DNA of 64,000 nt. Origin: an uncultured delta proteobacterium. GTDB taxonomy: Bacteria > Desulfobacterota > RBG-13-43-22. The stretch lies in NCBI GenBank assembly GCA_963743305.1, contig CAVUPH010000016.1:53461-117460 (forward strand). The letters run 5' to 3'. How positions within the stretch are numbered: position 1 is the first letter of the stretch; each line of letters starts with the position of its first letter. The notes under the pieces were generated by a model that was not told where the DNA came from, searched no databases, and saw only the letters and a list, made by a program, of their open reading frames with translations. The translations under genes were made by a program, and so were the position numbers. Below, one piece after another: positions 51,472 to 64,000 of this stretch.

Positions 51472-53040
51472 ATGAGAAATATTATAGCTAACTTAAAAAT
51501 GTTTTACAAAATGCTGATTTCGCCCCTACTGGTGGTCCTTTTTTTACTGGTCTTGGTGGTTTTAGCGTACAGCGGCTTTTCCAATCAAAAGAGTTTGATT
51601 CATGACATCTTTAACAACCGCTTCAAAAATTACCAGGAAAGCGCCACGGTGGTAGTGGATTTAACCAGCGTTCATGCCAATCTGTATAAGATAATGGGTT
51701 GGACCAACGCGAATTATGAGAAGAAAAGGGTTGAAACCCTGGCTGAGGAACAAAAAGGGGTATTGGAGAAGACGATCAAGTTTATGACCGGTGTCGTGAA
51801 TTCGCCCGGCCTGAGCGAAAAAGAAAAAGGATTTTACAAACAAGCCTTGGCTCAGGGAATCAAATACAAGGATGCCGCCAAAACCGTTATGGAGACCATC
51901 GCCGGCGGCGATACGGCCACAGCCGCCATCCTGATGGGGGCGGCCGATGACAGCTATCAGGTATTAAACAAGAGTTTGTATGGCTTGATGGATCTGGAGA
52001 AAAAACTGAGCAAAGAGAAATATGATCAATCGCTGTCAGCCATCGATTCGGTTTTGAACCTCTTCGTGGGGGTGGCGGCCATCGCCGTGATTTTTTCCCT
52101 TCTGCTGAATATCATCATGGCCCGATTGGTTACCGCACCCTTGAAGGAGGCGGTTTCGGTTATCGGCCAAATTGCCGAGGGAGATTTGACCCAGGAAATA
52201 ACGGGGCGCTCCAGGGATGAGATCGGGATGTTAAGTGAAGCGGTCAACCAGATGCGGGAGAAGATGGGTGATGCGGTGGGCCAATCCGTGGCCACCTCTC
52301 AGACCTTGTCGGAATCTTCTTCCGAGCAGGCAGCGGCCATCGAAGAGACCTCGGCTTCGCTCGAAGAGATATCGGCTATGACCCGCCAAAATGCAGAAAA
52401 TACGAACCAGGCCAACGTACTAATGGCTCAGACCAAAGAGATAACGGAAAAGGCGAACGGGTCGATGGCCGAGTTGACCCAATCGATGAAGGATATCGCC
52501 CAATCCAGTGAAAAGACACAAAAAATTGTCAAGACGATTGATGAAATAGCCTTTCAGACGAATTTATTAGCCTTGAATGCGGCGGTGGAGGCGGCCCGGG
52601 CCGGCGAAGCCGGGGCCGGATTTGCGGTGGTGGCCGATGAAGTGAGAAACCTGGCCTTGCGAGCGGCCGAGGCGGCCAAAAATACCTCGGGATTAATGGA
52701 GGATATCGTCCTCAAAGTTAAAGGTGGAGAGCGGCTCGTGGACGTGACCAATAGCGCTTTCAAACAGGTGGACATCGGTTCCGGCAAAGTTATGGAATTG
52801 GTGGCCGAGATCGCCGCCGCCTCCCGAGAACAGTCACAAGGTATCGATCAGGTGAGCCAGGCCGTGTCCGAAATGAACCGCGGAACCCAACAAAATGCGG
52901 CCAGCGCCGAGGAATTAGCCGCTATTATGGCCATGTTCCGAACAGCGCGGTCGGGGAACGGAAGTTCGTCCAGGTCAGCGGCGCGAGTAGCGGCCCGGCT
53001 CCCCGGGAACAAGAGGAGACTCGCCTTGCCGCAACATTAA
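51472..53040 (+). CDS. Methyl-accepting chemotaxis protein
   Basis: Two TM segments, [38 protein letters not shown]. Confidence 0.95.
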   Translation: MRNIIANLKMFYKMLISPLLVVLFLLVLVVLAYSGFSNQKSLIHDIFNNRFKNYQESATVVVDLTSVHANLYKIMGWTNANYEKKRVETLAEEQKGVLEKTIKFMTGVVNSPGLSEKEKGFYKQALAQGIKYKDAAKTVMETIAGGDTATAAILMGAADDSYQVLNKSLYGLMDLEKKLSKEKYDQSLSAIDSVLNLFVGVAAIAVIFSLLLNIIMARLVTAPLKEAVSVIGQIAEGDLTQEITGRSRDEIGMLSEAVNQMREKMGDAVGQSVATSQTLSESSSEQAAAIEETSASLEEISAMTRQNAENTNQANVLMAQTKEITEKANGSMAELTQSMKDIAQSSEKTQKIVKTIDEIAFQTNLLALNAAVEAARAGEAGAGFAVVADEVRNLALRAAEAAKNTSGLMEDIVLKVKGGERLVDVTNSAFKQVDIGSGKVMELVAEIAAASREQSQGIDQVSQAVSEMNRGTQQNAASAEELAAIMAMFRTARSGNGSSSRSAARVAARLPGNKRRLALPQH

Positions 53041-53136
53041 ATAAGGCTTAACGGGTGGGAGTAGCCTAGAAGGGCTAAGTGATCCACAGGCGTCGTCCTC
53101 TCAGGGACGGCAGCATAAATAAAAAGGAGGAGTACA

Positions 53137-53595
53137 ATGAAGAAAGTGGTACGAAGTTTGGCATTGTTGTCCGTGGTAATTTTTGGACTGGTTTGCGTGT
53201 CGCAGGCCGCAACCCTGGATGAAGCCAAGGCTTTAGCCGAAAAGGCGGCCGCCTTTATGAAGGCCAATGGAAAAGATAAGGCGATCGCGGAATTCAACAA
53301 TCCCCATGGCCAGTTTACTAAGGGCGATTTGTATGTCTTTGCCCAGGGATTTGATGGTCTGATGTTGGCCAACGGTGGAAACCCCAAGCTGGCGGGGCAG
53401 AATCACCTGGAATTAAAGGATCCCACCGGAAAGCCGTTTGTTAAGGAAATGGTGGAAATAGCCAAAACCAAAGGAGGCGGCTGGGTAAACTATAGTTGGA
53501 CCAATCCGGCGACCAAGAAAGTGCAACCCAAAAAGACCTGGGTACAGCGGGTCGAAGGCATGGACATTTATGTCGGTTGCGGGATCTTCCAATAA
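53137..53595 (+). CDS. Secreted single Cache domain protein
   Basis: Signal peptide; DLYVF, LKDPTGK, GGWVNYSW, KKTWV. Confidence 0.88.
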   Translation: MKKVVRSLALLSVVIFGLVCVSQAATLDEAKALAEKAAAFMKANGKDKAIAEFNNPHGQFTKGDLYVFAQGFDGLMLANGGNPKLAGQNHLELKDPTGKPFVKEMVEIAKTKGGGWVNYSWTNPATKKVQPKKTWVQRVEGMDIYVGCGIFQ

Positions 53596-53653
53596 AAGTA
53601 TTCGGAATAGCCGCCGGAACTATTCGGAGACGGTTTAATCTGTTCTAGTAGCA

Positions 53654-53704
53654 ACCACCAGAGGAGCGACCGTTGTCGGTCGCCCCTCTGGTGGTTTTTC
53701 TTCT
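53654..53704 (+). terminator. Rho-independent terminator
   Basis: aaccaccagagg-agcgaccg...cggtcgcc-cctctggtggtt followed by a T-tract. Confidence 0.75.
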
Positions 53705-53722
53705 TTCCCCATAAGTTGACTG

Positions 53723-53897
53723 TAAAGTTCTCGATCTTACGCCAGTAGCCCATCATCCGTCTTCCGACCACTAATGTTGGAGGCGGTGACGATGGCCAAA
53801 TCGCTGGTCCGGTCGATCACGATTCGAAGGCCATTCATTTCATTTATAACTCCATCAGTCCCGGCCGGCGATGATCCGGCCGCTGAAATGCTTCCGC
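53723..53897. repeat. About 175-bp direct repeat, copy 1
   Basis: Aligns by eye to 56500-56674 with scattered substitutions. Confidence 0.85.
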
Positions 53898-54059
53898 GCC
53901 CCTTCGATCCACATCTCACCCGTATCCCAGTTTTGCGCGCGATGGCTTCATTAGCAACGAGATTATCTTCAATACTCCAATACAGATGATTCAAGGCGAT
54001 TAAAGATTCTCTTAAAGATACCGACAATCTATTTAGTTCACCCGCGGAGGACAATACCC

Positions 54060-56435
54060 GTGGGTTTTGTTAAAAAAATTTCAAGAATTAGGAAATTTCA
54101 TCTCCAGATTTTCCCCCCGGAAATCGCCCAAAGTTGGAAAATGGCCCAGCCCCTTATGATGAAATCTCCTAACCGAATTCAGAGGGTCGCCCATTGTTTT
54201 AAGTCCCTTGGTTATTCCTTCCCGGAACATTTGGAAACACAAGATCCCCTGCGCTACTGGCAGGCACGGGTCCTCCATACACTTTTTCTAACCTCCGTCA
54301 TCCTCGGTTTTCTTGCCCTGGTCCCCAGTGTCTGGCTTTCGATCAGAGAAAAGCTCTATGCGGTGGCCCTTTTCGATATTGTCGTATATGGTTTCCTATT
54401 TGTTCTGTTTCTCAGAAAAACGTTTGATTATACTTTGCGGGCCACGGCCATAAGCGTCATCGTCTACCTGGTAGGACTCCTGCTTTTTGTTACACTCGGG
54501 CCTTCAGGGACCGGACCGATCTGGTTATTCGCTTTTCCGGTGATTACCGGTGTTCTGCTGGGATTCAATGCGGCCATCATTGCTCTTTCATTAAATGGAT
54601 TTACCCTCTCCATCGTTGGAATACTTCTTTTTCAAGGATACTTGGCCTGGGAGTATCCCGTCGTCAATCCCATAGGAAAATGGGTCGTCATTTTCTTTAA
54701 TTTTATGCTGCTCAATACCTTGGCCACTGTCTCCCTTACTTCCATTCTGAAAGGATTACAGGCGGCCCTGGGACAGGAGAAGATACTAAGCAGTTCATTG
54801 AAACAAAAACATACCGAACTAATGAACTCCCATCAAGAACTACAGAAAGAGATCTTGAAAAAAGAATTGGTTCTGAAAGAATTAAAGGAGAGTGATCGCA
54901 AGGTTCTTCTGTTGGCCGAGAATGCCCTGGACTGCATCTGGCGGATGGACCCTGATCTGCGGTTTACCTATGTCAATCCCATTGTCAAGACTCTCTTTGG
55001 ATTCGCCCCTGACGAATGTCTGGGAACCCGGCTGACAGACCACAGCCCGCCCGAGGAAAAGGAAAACATCCTAAAAAGAATAAACGAAGAACTTCATCGA
55101 CCCAGTGACGGTCCTGGAATTCTCTTCGAAACTCGGGTGCGTCATAGAAACGGCCACTTTATTCCGGTGGAGATATTGATGAAACAACTAACTGAAGGAG
55201 ACGGCGGAATCATCGGGCTGCAAGGCACGACGCGAGACATCCGTGAACGCAAATCCCAGGAAGATCGACGCCTGGAACTCGAAAACCAAGTCCAACGAGC
55301 CCAGAAACTTGAATCCATCGGCACCCTGGCGGGCGGGATAGCCCACGACTTCAACAACATCCTGACGGCGGTCATCGGCTATACCGAACTGGCCTTGCTT
55401 AAAGTGAAAAAACAAATCTCTGCGGAGGATGAACTCAATGATGTCTATCGCGCTGGGATTCGCGCCAAAGAACTTGTCAAGCAGATACTGGCCTTCAGCC
55501 GAAAGGGTTTACAGGAGAAAAAACCGGTTCAGGTTGGTTTTCTCGCTAAAGAAGTGGTGAAACTGATTCGATCGACCATTCCAACTACCATCGAGATCAA
55601 GAGCTCGATCACGAGCACTTCCCTGGTCATGGCCGATCCGACTCAAATTCATCAGGTGTTGATGAACCTTTGTACTAACGCAGCCCAGGCCATGGAAGAA
55701 AAGGAGGGAACCTTGGCTGTTGAAATGACTGAAGTCGAGCCGGAAAGATCTTTAAGGGAACAGTATCCCGACCTCAAAGACTCGAAATACTTGAAAGTCA
55801 GGGTTTCAGACACCGGGGCAGGCATAGATCCGAGTGTGGTCGGGTCCATTTTCGAGCCCTATTTCACCACCAAGGAACCGGGAAGTGGGACCGGACTTGG
55901 CTTATCGGTGGCCCATGGCATCATCAAGGCCCATGGCGGAGAAATCACCGTTGAAAGCGAATTGGGGAAGGGGTCTACCTTTACTGTCTATCTCCCAGCA
56001 CTGAAGAGGCAAATCGAAGAAGCGTCGGTGGTTGTCGAACAAATCTCCACCGGCCGGGAAAGAATTCTGCTGGTCGACGACGAAGGACCCATCGTTGAAA
56101 TGGGAATAAAAATGCTTTCATCCCTGGGATATAATGTGACCGGCGCCGCCAGCAGTTCAACAGCCTTGGATCTTCTTAGGAACAGCCCCGCCGGCTTTGA
56201 CTTGGTCATCACCGATATGAATATGCCCAAGATGGCCGGAGACCGACTGTCAACGGAGCTTTTAAAAATCCGTCCCAACATTCCGATCATTCTTTGTACC
56301 GGCTACAGTAGTAAAATGTCCCGGGAGAGGGCTTTAAACCTCGGAATCCGAGGATTCATTATGAAGCCCTATATTACAAATCAACTGGCCCGAACAGTCC
56401 GCTCGGTGTTGGACGAAGTGAGTGAGTCGGAATAA
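54060..56435 (+). CDS. Membrane-bound hybrid sensor histidine kinase (TM-PAS-HisKA-HATPase-REC); start may be about 54141-54160
   Basis: LAGGIAHDFNNIL, NLCTNA, DTGAG, FTTK, GTGLGL, receiver domain DDE..TD..K. Confidence 0.93.
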   Translation: MGFVKKISRIRKFHLQIFPPEIAQSWKMAQPLMMKSPNRIQRVAHCFKSLGYSFPEHLETQDPLRYWQARVLHTLFLTSVILGFLALVPSVWLSIREKLYAVALFDIVVYGFLFVLFLRKTFDYTLRATAISVIVYLVGLLLFVTLGPSGTGPIWLFAFPVITGVLLGFNAAIIALSLNGFTLSIVGILLFQGYLAWEYPVVNPIGKWVVIFFNFMLLNTLATVSLTSILKGLQAALGQEKILSSSLKQKHTELMNSHQELQKEILKKELVLKELKESDRKVLLLAENALDCIWRMDPDLRFTYVNPIVKTLFGFAPDECLGTRLTDHSPPEEKENILKRINEELHRPSDGPGILFETRVRHRNGHFIPVEILMKQLTEGDGGIIGLQGTTRDIRERKSQEDRRLELENQVQRAQKLESIGTLAGGIAHDFNNILTAVIGYTELALLKVKKQISAEDELNDVYRAGIRAKELVKQILAFSRKGLQEKKPVQVGFLAKEVVKLIRSTIPTTIEIKSSITSTSLVMADPTQIHQVLMNLCTNAAQAMEEKEGTLAVEMTEVEPERSLREQYPDLKDSKYLKVRVSDTGAGIDPSVVGSIFEPYFTTKEPGSGTGLGLSVAHGIIKAHGGEITVESELGKGSTFTVYLPALKRQIEEASVVVEQISTGRERILLVDDEGPIVEMGIKMLSSLGYNVTGAASSSTALDLLRNSPAGFDLVITDMNMPKMAGDRLSTELLKIRPNIPIILCTGYSSKMSRERALNLGIRGFIMKPYITNQLARTVRSVLDEVSESE

Positions 56436-56499
56436 TCTCCCATTCACAACGGGTGGGCGCCTTTGTCTTATTTTTTCCTCTATCACCGTAAATTGGATT

Positions 56500-56674
56500 T
56501 AAAGTTCTCGATCTAAAGCTCGCAGCCCACCATCCGCCTTCCGACCGCTAATGTTGGAGGCGGCGACGATGGCCAAATCGAGGGTCCGGTCGATCACGAT
56601 TCGAAGGCCATTCCTTCATCTATAACTCCATCAGCGTCCGGCCGGCGATGATCCGGCCGCTGAAATGCTTCCGC
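56500..56674. repeat. About 175-bp direct repeat, copy 2
   Basis: See copy 1. Confidence 0.85.
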
Positions 56675-56854
56675 TATGTTGGCGAAGAACCCTGATCCTC
56701 TCTTATTATGGGTCTGGCGGGGATAATTTTGCCGTCTTTAAATACCGCCGGTTCCCAGCCAAACCGTCTCGCCCGTTCCCTGGCCTTCTGAGCCGCGCGC
56801 CGCAGGGCTATTTCACTGTTAATTACGTCCGGGTCATCTTCCCCGAATCCTCGT

Positions 56855-57776
56855 TTACTTCAAGAATCCCTGAATAATTCTGTTGACCGCCTCATCGTAG
56901 TTTAGCCCCAGGCTCATCAACTTCATCAACTGATCGTTGGCGATCTTTCCGATGGAGGCCTCGTGGGTCAGCTCGGCGTCGGGATGGTAGGCTTTCAATG
57001 AGGGGGTGGTTTCGTTCTTCCCGTTATCCATAATCATGGCGTCACACTCGATATGCCCGAAACACGAAGCCCGGGCCTCCATGATGGCATAAAAATTCTG
57101 TACCGAATCCCCTTTGATCACCGAGCGGGATATCATATTGGCCCGGCTGTTCGTGCCGGATAAAAGGATATTATTTCTTGATTCGGCTGTCTGGTTTCCT
57201 TCGGTCAGGACACGTTCCGTGATCTGGGCCAGACTGTTAGGTCCCAGGGTCACCGTATTCAATCGACGGGCCTCATCGACGCCGCCGATCTGCGTCAATT
57301 CCATCCCCATTTGGGCGCCGTCTTCCAGGAAAACCTTCGTCGTAGGGTTCAAAGTTCGTTTCCCCGAAACCCGGCCCGGTGGCGTAATGCTTCTCCACAT
57401 AGGTTACCCGGGCATTTTTCCCCACCCGGAAATCATGGATGCCGGCGTGCCCCTCGGGGTCGGGGCCGCCGCAATGAATGCCGCAGCCGGCGATGATGGT
57501 CACCTCAGAACCCTCCCCGATCAAAAAGCGGTTATGGACCACGTCATAAAGCCCGGCTTGACTCAGGATCACAGGGATATGGACGGACTCGTTCACTGTC
57601 CCCGGCTTGATCGTCACGATAATCCCCCGGCCGCCTTCAAAAGTCTCAATTTGGATGTTCGCCGAGGTCTTTCGGTCCAAGAGCTTTCCATCCTTCCGGA
57701 TATTATATGCCCCTTGGGGTAGTTCCTCCAGTCCGGCAACTTTTTTCAGTAAGTCTTTATCGATAGCATTCAACAT
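56855..57776 (-). CDS. sufB: SufB/SufD-family Fe-S scaffold (SmsB-like); frameshift near 57380
   Basis: GCGIHC, YVEKH, GHIECD, LTHEASIGKIA, IIQGFLK. Confidence 0.85.
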
Positions 57777-58503
57777 CGTTTTGTCCGAGGCATTGCCTGT
57801 AATTACAAACACTGGAATCGTTCAAGAGCGGCAGGGCGCCAGCCAACTTGCCGGTATAGACTAAGTTTCCCTGATTGATCATCAGAACGATGTCCGCCGC
57901 TTCGAGAAAAGCCCGGTTGTGGCTGACGACGACCGTAGTGGTTTTATGCTCCGTCTGCTCCCGCTTTAATAACCGGACCATGGGGTCAATGGTCCACAGG
58001 TCGATACCCGTATCCGGCTCATCGTAGATGGCGAGTTTCGGTTTCCGAGCAATGGTGGTGGCCAGTTCGATCTTTTTGATCTCCCCGCCGGAGAGTTTGG
58101 CGTCCACCGGCAGGTCCATAAAGGACAGGGAACAAATCCCCACCTGTCGAACGATGTCCAACAGCTTCGCTTCGTCATCAGTGCCGGCGGCCACGGCCAG
58201 GAGATCCCGAAAGGTGATGCCCTTGAAACGAGCCGGATGTTGGAAACTGTAGGCAATCCCGGATCTGGCCCGCTCCGTGATCGAAAGCTGGGTGATATCG
58301 TTTCCTTCGAAGAAAATGGCGCCGGAGGTTGCAGGATTGATCCCCATAATCAGCTTGGCCAGGGTGGTCTTGCCGCTTCCGTTGGGTCCGGTGATGACAT
58401 AAAAGTTCCCTTTTTCAAATAAGAAATTTACGCCAGCGATGATATGGCGCTGTTTTCCTTCTTCAACGGGTACTGAAAAAAAAAGATCCTTTAGCTCCAG
58501 CAT
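57757..58503 (-). CDS. sufC: SufC-like ABC ATPase (SmsC-like)
   Basis: GPNGSGKT, LSGGEIKKIE, DEPDTGID, Cys-rich C-terminal tail. Confidence 0.85.
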   Translation of the reverse strand: MLELKDLFFSVPVEEGKQRHIIAGVNFLFEKGNFYVITGPNGSGKTTLAKLIMGINPATSGAIFFEGNDITQLSITERARSGIAYSFQHPARFKGITFRDLLAVAAGTDDEAKLLDIVRQVGICSLSFMDLPVDAKLSGGEIKKIELATTIARKPKLAIYDEPDTGIDLWTIDPMVRLLKREQTEHKTTTVVVSHNRAFLEAADIVLMINQGNLVYTGKLAGALPLLNDSSVCNYRQCLGQNDVECYR

Positions 58504-58657
58504 GGTATGCCTCGCTTAAAAGTCGTGGTTTGGAAAAGCGCCGGGGACGTAAATCCAAGTACTCGTCTCCCCAGCCGAAGTCCATAGAACCCGAAACCCT
58601 TAAAGATAGCAAAAACAGGCTGATTCTGCTAAGTTAACGGCATTGGGTCCGACCCTC

Positions 58658-58806
58658 ATGCCGTTGATTTAAGGGTAATTCCCTTGCCCACACGGCACCT
58701 CGGCGAAAGTCGGGGTCCAGAAAGCCTGAGAAACCTGGATTCCGGCTTCCGCCGGAATGACGGCAAAGACCTAATTTTTGGACTAAATCTGTTAAGTTAA
58801 CGGCAT
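58658..58806. mobile_element. MITE-like element with terminal inverted repeats and an internal REP-like palindrome
   Basis: atgccgttgatttaa / ttaagttaacggcat; internal ctggattccggcttccgccggaatgac; extra end copy at 58630-58643. Confidence 0.55.
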
Positions 58807-58831
58807 TAGGACTGATCCGGTTTCGATCTGG

Positions 58832-60877
58832 TTAGGGGATACCAATTAATTCTCGGAATTTGGGTATGTTTCCGAGCGGCTCTAGAAGATCATCGGTCTG
58901 AGCATAGTCTCGCGCTGATGAATCTCGTTCGATGGCCTCCTTCAGTAATCCAACGGCTTCATCAGTTCGACCGCTCAACGCACAAACTACCGCTTTGTTA
59001 TAGAAATTATGCGCTCCTTCAGACGGGGACTGACTGACAAGGGCTATATCCGCATTTGCCGCAACGATATTGCCACGAGCCTGATAAACTGCCGCACGTC
59101 TTGAGTGATTGAAACTTTCGCTCTCCGGATCAAGTTGAATTGCCAGAGATAGGTCTCTAATCGCATCATCATAGCTACCCAATCGTCTATGCATCTCGCC
59201 TCGCCATGCCAGGGCGGTGTATGATTTCTCATCAAGAGCAACGGCCCGGTCGAAGTCAACCAGCGCCTCGGGATACTTACCCATGAGACGATAGGTCATC
59301 CCACGGCTGACAATTACCGACGCATCTTTCTCATCAAGCGGATCGCCCGATCGAAGTCAGCCAGTGCCTCGGGGTACTTACCCATCATCGAATCGAAGTG
59401 GCCAGTGCCTCGGGGTACTTTCCCAACAGTATAGGTCCTCCTCGGCGGAAATTGCCTCGCATCTTTCTCATCGAGCGTTATGGCCGGGTCGAAGTCGCCA
59501 CACCTCGGGGTACTTATCCAACAGCTAATAGGTCCTCCTCGGCCGGATATTACCGACGCATCTTTCTCATCGAGCGTTATGGCCCGGTCGAAGTCGGCCC
59601 ACGCCTCGGGATACTTATCCATCTGCTGATAGGTCCTCCCTCGGCTGGCTATTACCGACGCATCTTTCTCATCGAGCGTTATGGCCCGGTCGAAGTCAGC
59701 CAGCGCCTCGGGATAATTATGCATCTGCTGATAGGTCCTCCCTCGGCTGGCAATTGCCGACGTATCTTTCTCATCGAGCGTTATGGCCCGGTCGAAGTCA
59801 GCCAGCGCCTCGGGATACTTATCCATCAGCAAAACTGATAGGTCTCCTCGGCTGGCAATTACTGACGCATTTTTCTCATCGAGCGTTATGGCCCGATCGA
59901 AGTCGGCCCGTGCCTCGGGATAATTACCCATCATCAGATAGGTCCTCCCTCGGCTAGCGATTGCCGACGTATCTTTCTCATCGAGCGTTATAGCCCGGTC
60001 GAAGTCGGCCACTCCTCGGGATACCTACCCATCCGCCGATAGGTCAACCCTCGGCCCACGATTGTCGCCGCATCTTTCTCATCGAGCGCTATGGCCCGGT
60101 CGAAGTCGGCCAGCACCTCGGGATACTTACCCATCAGGTGATAGGTCCTTCCTCGGCCGGCAATGGCCCCGTATTTTTCTCATCGAGCGCTACGGCCCGG
60201 TCGAAGTCGGCCAGCACCTCGGGATACTTACCCATCAGGTTATAGGTGATGCCGCGGTCTACGATTGCCCACGTATTTTTCTCATCAAGCGTTATAGCCC
60301 GGTCGAAGTCGGCCAGTACCTCGGGATACTTACCTATCAGCCGATAGGTCACTCCGCGGCTGGCAAAAAGAGCTGATTCTGCTATCGAATCAAGATCATT
60401 TTGCCGGGAAAGCGAGTTCGCAAGACGTATAAGCGCCTCATGGTCGTCTTTATCGTAGGCTCGGTAAAAACCAATTAAGGTTTGCGCGCATTCTCGCGCC
60501 TCTTGGGAGGCCATCTCCCGTCCCGCTTGCTGACATGCTAGTGCAACGATTTCGCTGAATCTCCAGCGCCAGTGAAATGCTCTGAGAAATGTATTCACGG
60601 CTCTCCCGATATCGCGTGTGGGTTGTTCGCTCAATAGGTGGTAAACCCTTTCGGCCTCCAACCCGCGCCAGGTTTCACTATCGTATCCTGACCTACCATC
60701 GAGACCTAACTGGTTTTGACGGGCTTCGAAGAAGTCTACCAGTTGTTTATGCGCGATTGCCAAGTCGCCGGGAATCGTGCTGCGCAAATATCGCAGCATC
60801 AGTTCGCGCACCTTTTCATGGTAGAACCATCCCCGTGTAATACTTGTGCGAATATAGCTTTGCTTGGAGAGCCAACT
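58832..60877 (-). CDS. TPR-array protein, 5'-truncated and frameshifted in the read
   Basis: 34-aa repeats YPEALADFDRAITLDEKDASxIASRGRTY across ORFs 60134, 59314 and 58832; C-terminal FYNKAVVCAL capping motif. Confidence 0.8.
59190..60365. repeat. Roughly 11-12 tandem 102-bp TPR-coding repeats
   Basis: Recurrent gcatctttctcatcgagcgttatggcccggtcgaagtc. Confidence 0.85.
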
Positions 60878-60925
60878 AGCAATACGTTGTTATGTCTACG
60901 TACTTCAACCGTCCACCGTATTGCT
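60878..60925. other. Oxford Nanopore ligation-adapter remnant (chimeric junction)
   Basis: AGCAATACGT followed by gtacttc...cgtattgct, matching both orientations of the adapter AATGTACTTCGTTCAGTTACGTATTGCT. Confidence 0.85.
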
Positions 60926-63808
<2,883 letters not shown>

Positions 63809-63891
63809 AATACAAATCCTAATTGCTCTATTCAATCTTCTGTGACAGTTTTGAGGGAGCATATCCTTAGAGGATGCACACTCACTTTATA

Positions 63892-64000
63892 TCCTGTGAC
63901 GATAGCTGTGTGGTTCCACCCGTTCCCATTCCGAACACGGCAGTTAAGCACACATACGCCGAAAGTACTTGGGTGGTGACGCCCTGGGAGGATAGGTAGT
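63892..64000 (+). rRNA. rrf: 5S rRNA (3' end cut by the window edge)
   Basis: ccacccgttcccattccgaacacggcagttaagc. Confidence 0.95.

Noticed and set aside
53040-53136. Possible c-di-GMP riboswitch upstream of the Cache gene
   Set aside because: Small hairpins are present but the GEMM consensus could not be matched
59190-60365. Regular repeats as a CRISPR array
   Set aside because: The period is 102 bp (34 codons), there are no unique spacers, it translates as TPR, and no cas genes are present

Overview
About 60.9 kb of a GC-rich anaerobe, inferred from gene content and repeats to be Desulfobacterota/Syntrophales-like, joined at an Oxford Nanopore adapter remnant (60878-60925) to a 5'-truncated 23S-5S rRNA segment that looks Bacillota (Negativicutes-like). 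Many single-base indels break conserved genes, as expected of an unpolished long read. Bases 1-31.4 kb are a co-oriented acyl-CoA catabolic supercluster. It holds an MCC/geranyl-CoA-carboxylase-like module, a second biotin carboxylase module with two divergent carboxyltransferases and a BKACE enzyme, four acyl-CoA dehydrogenases, FadN/FadA, an acyl-CoA ligase, AOR, Fe-ADH, three SCP2-type domains, and a phytoene-dehydrogenase-like flavoprotein with an FNR-[2Fe-2S] partner; this is plausibly an anaerobic route for methyl-branched or isoprenoid lipids. Downstream are two more AORs, another carboxyltransferase with a fifth ACAD, and a sigma54-controlled secreted heme-c triple-rhodanese with an in-frame UGA and SECIS-like hairpin (selenoprotein). 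These are followed by signalling genes, a SufCB minimal Fe-S system and a truncated TPR-array protein. Intergenic spaces carry several families of short palindromic repeats.
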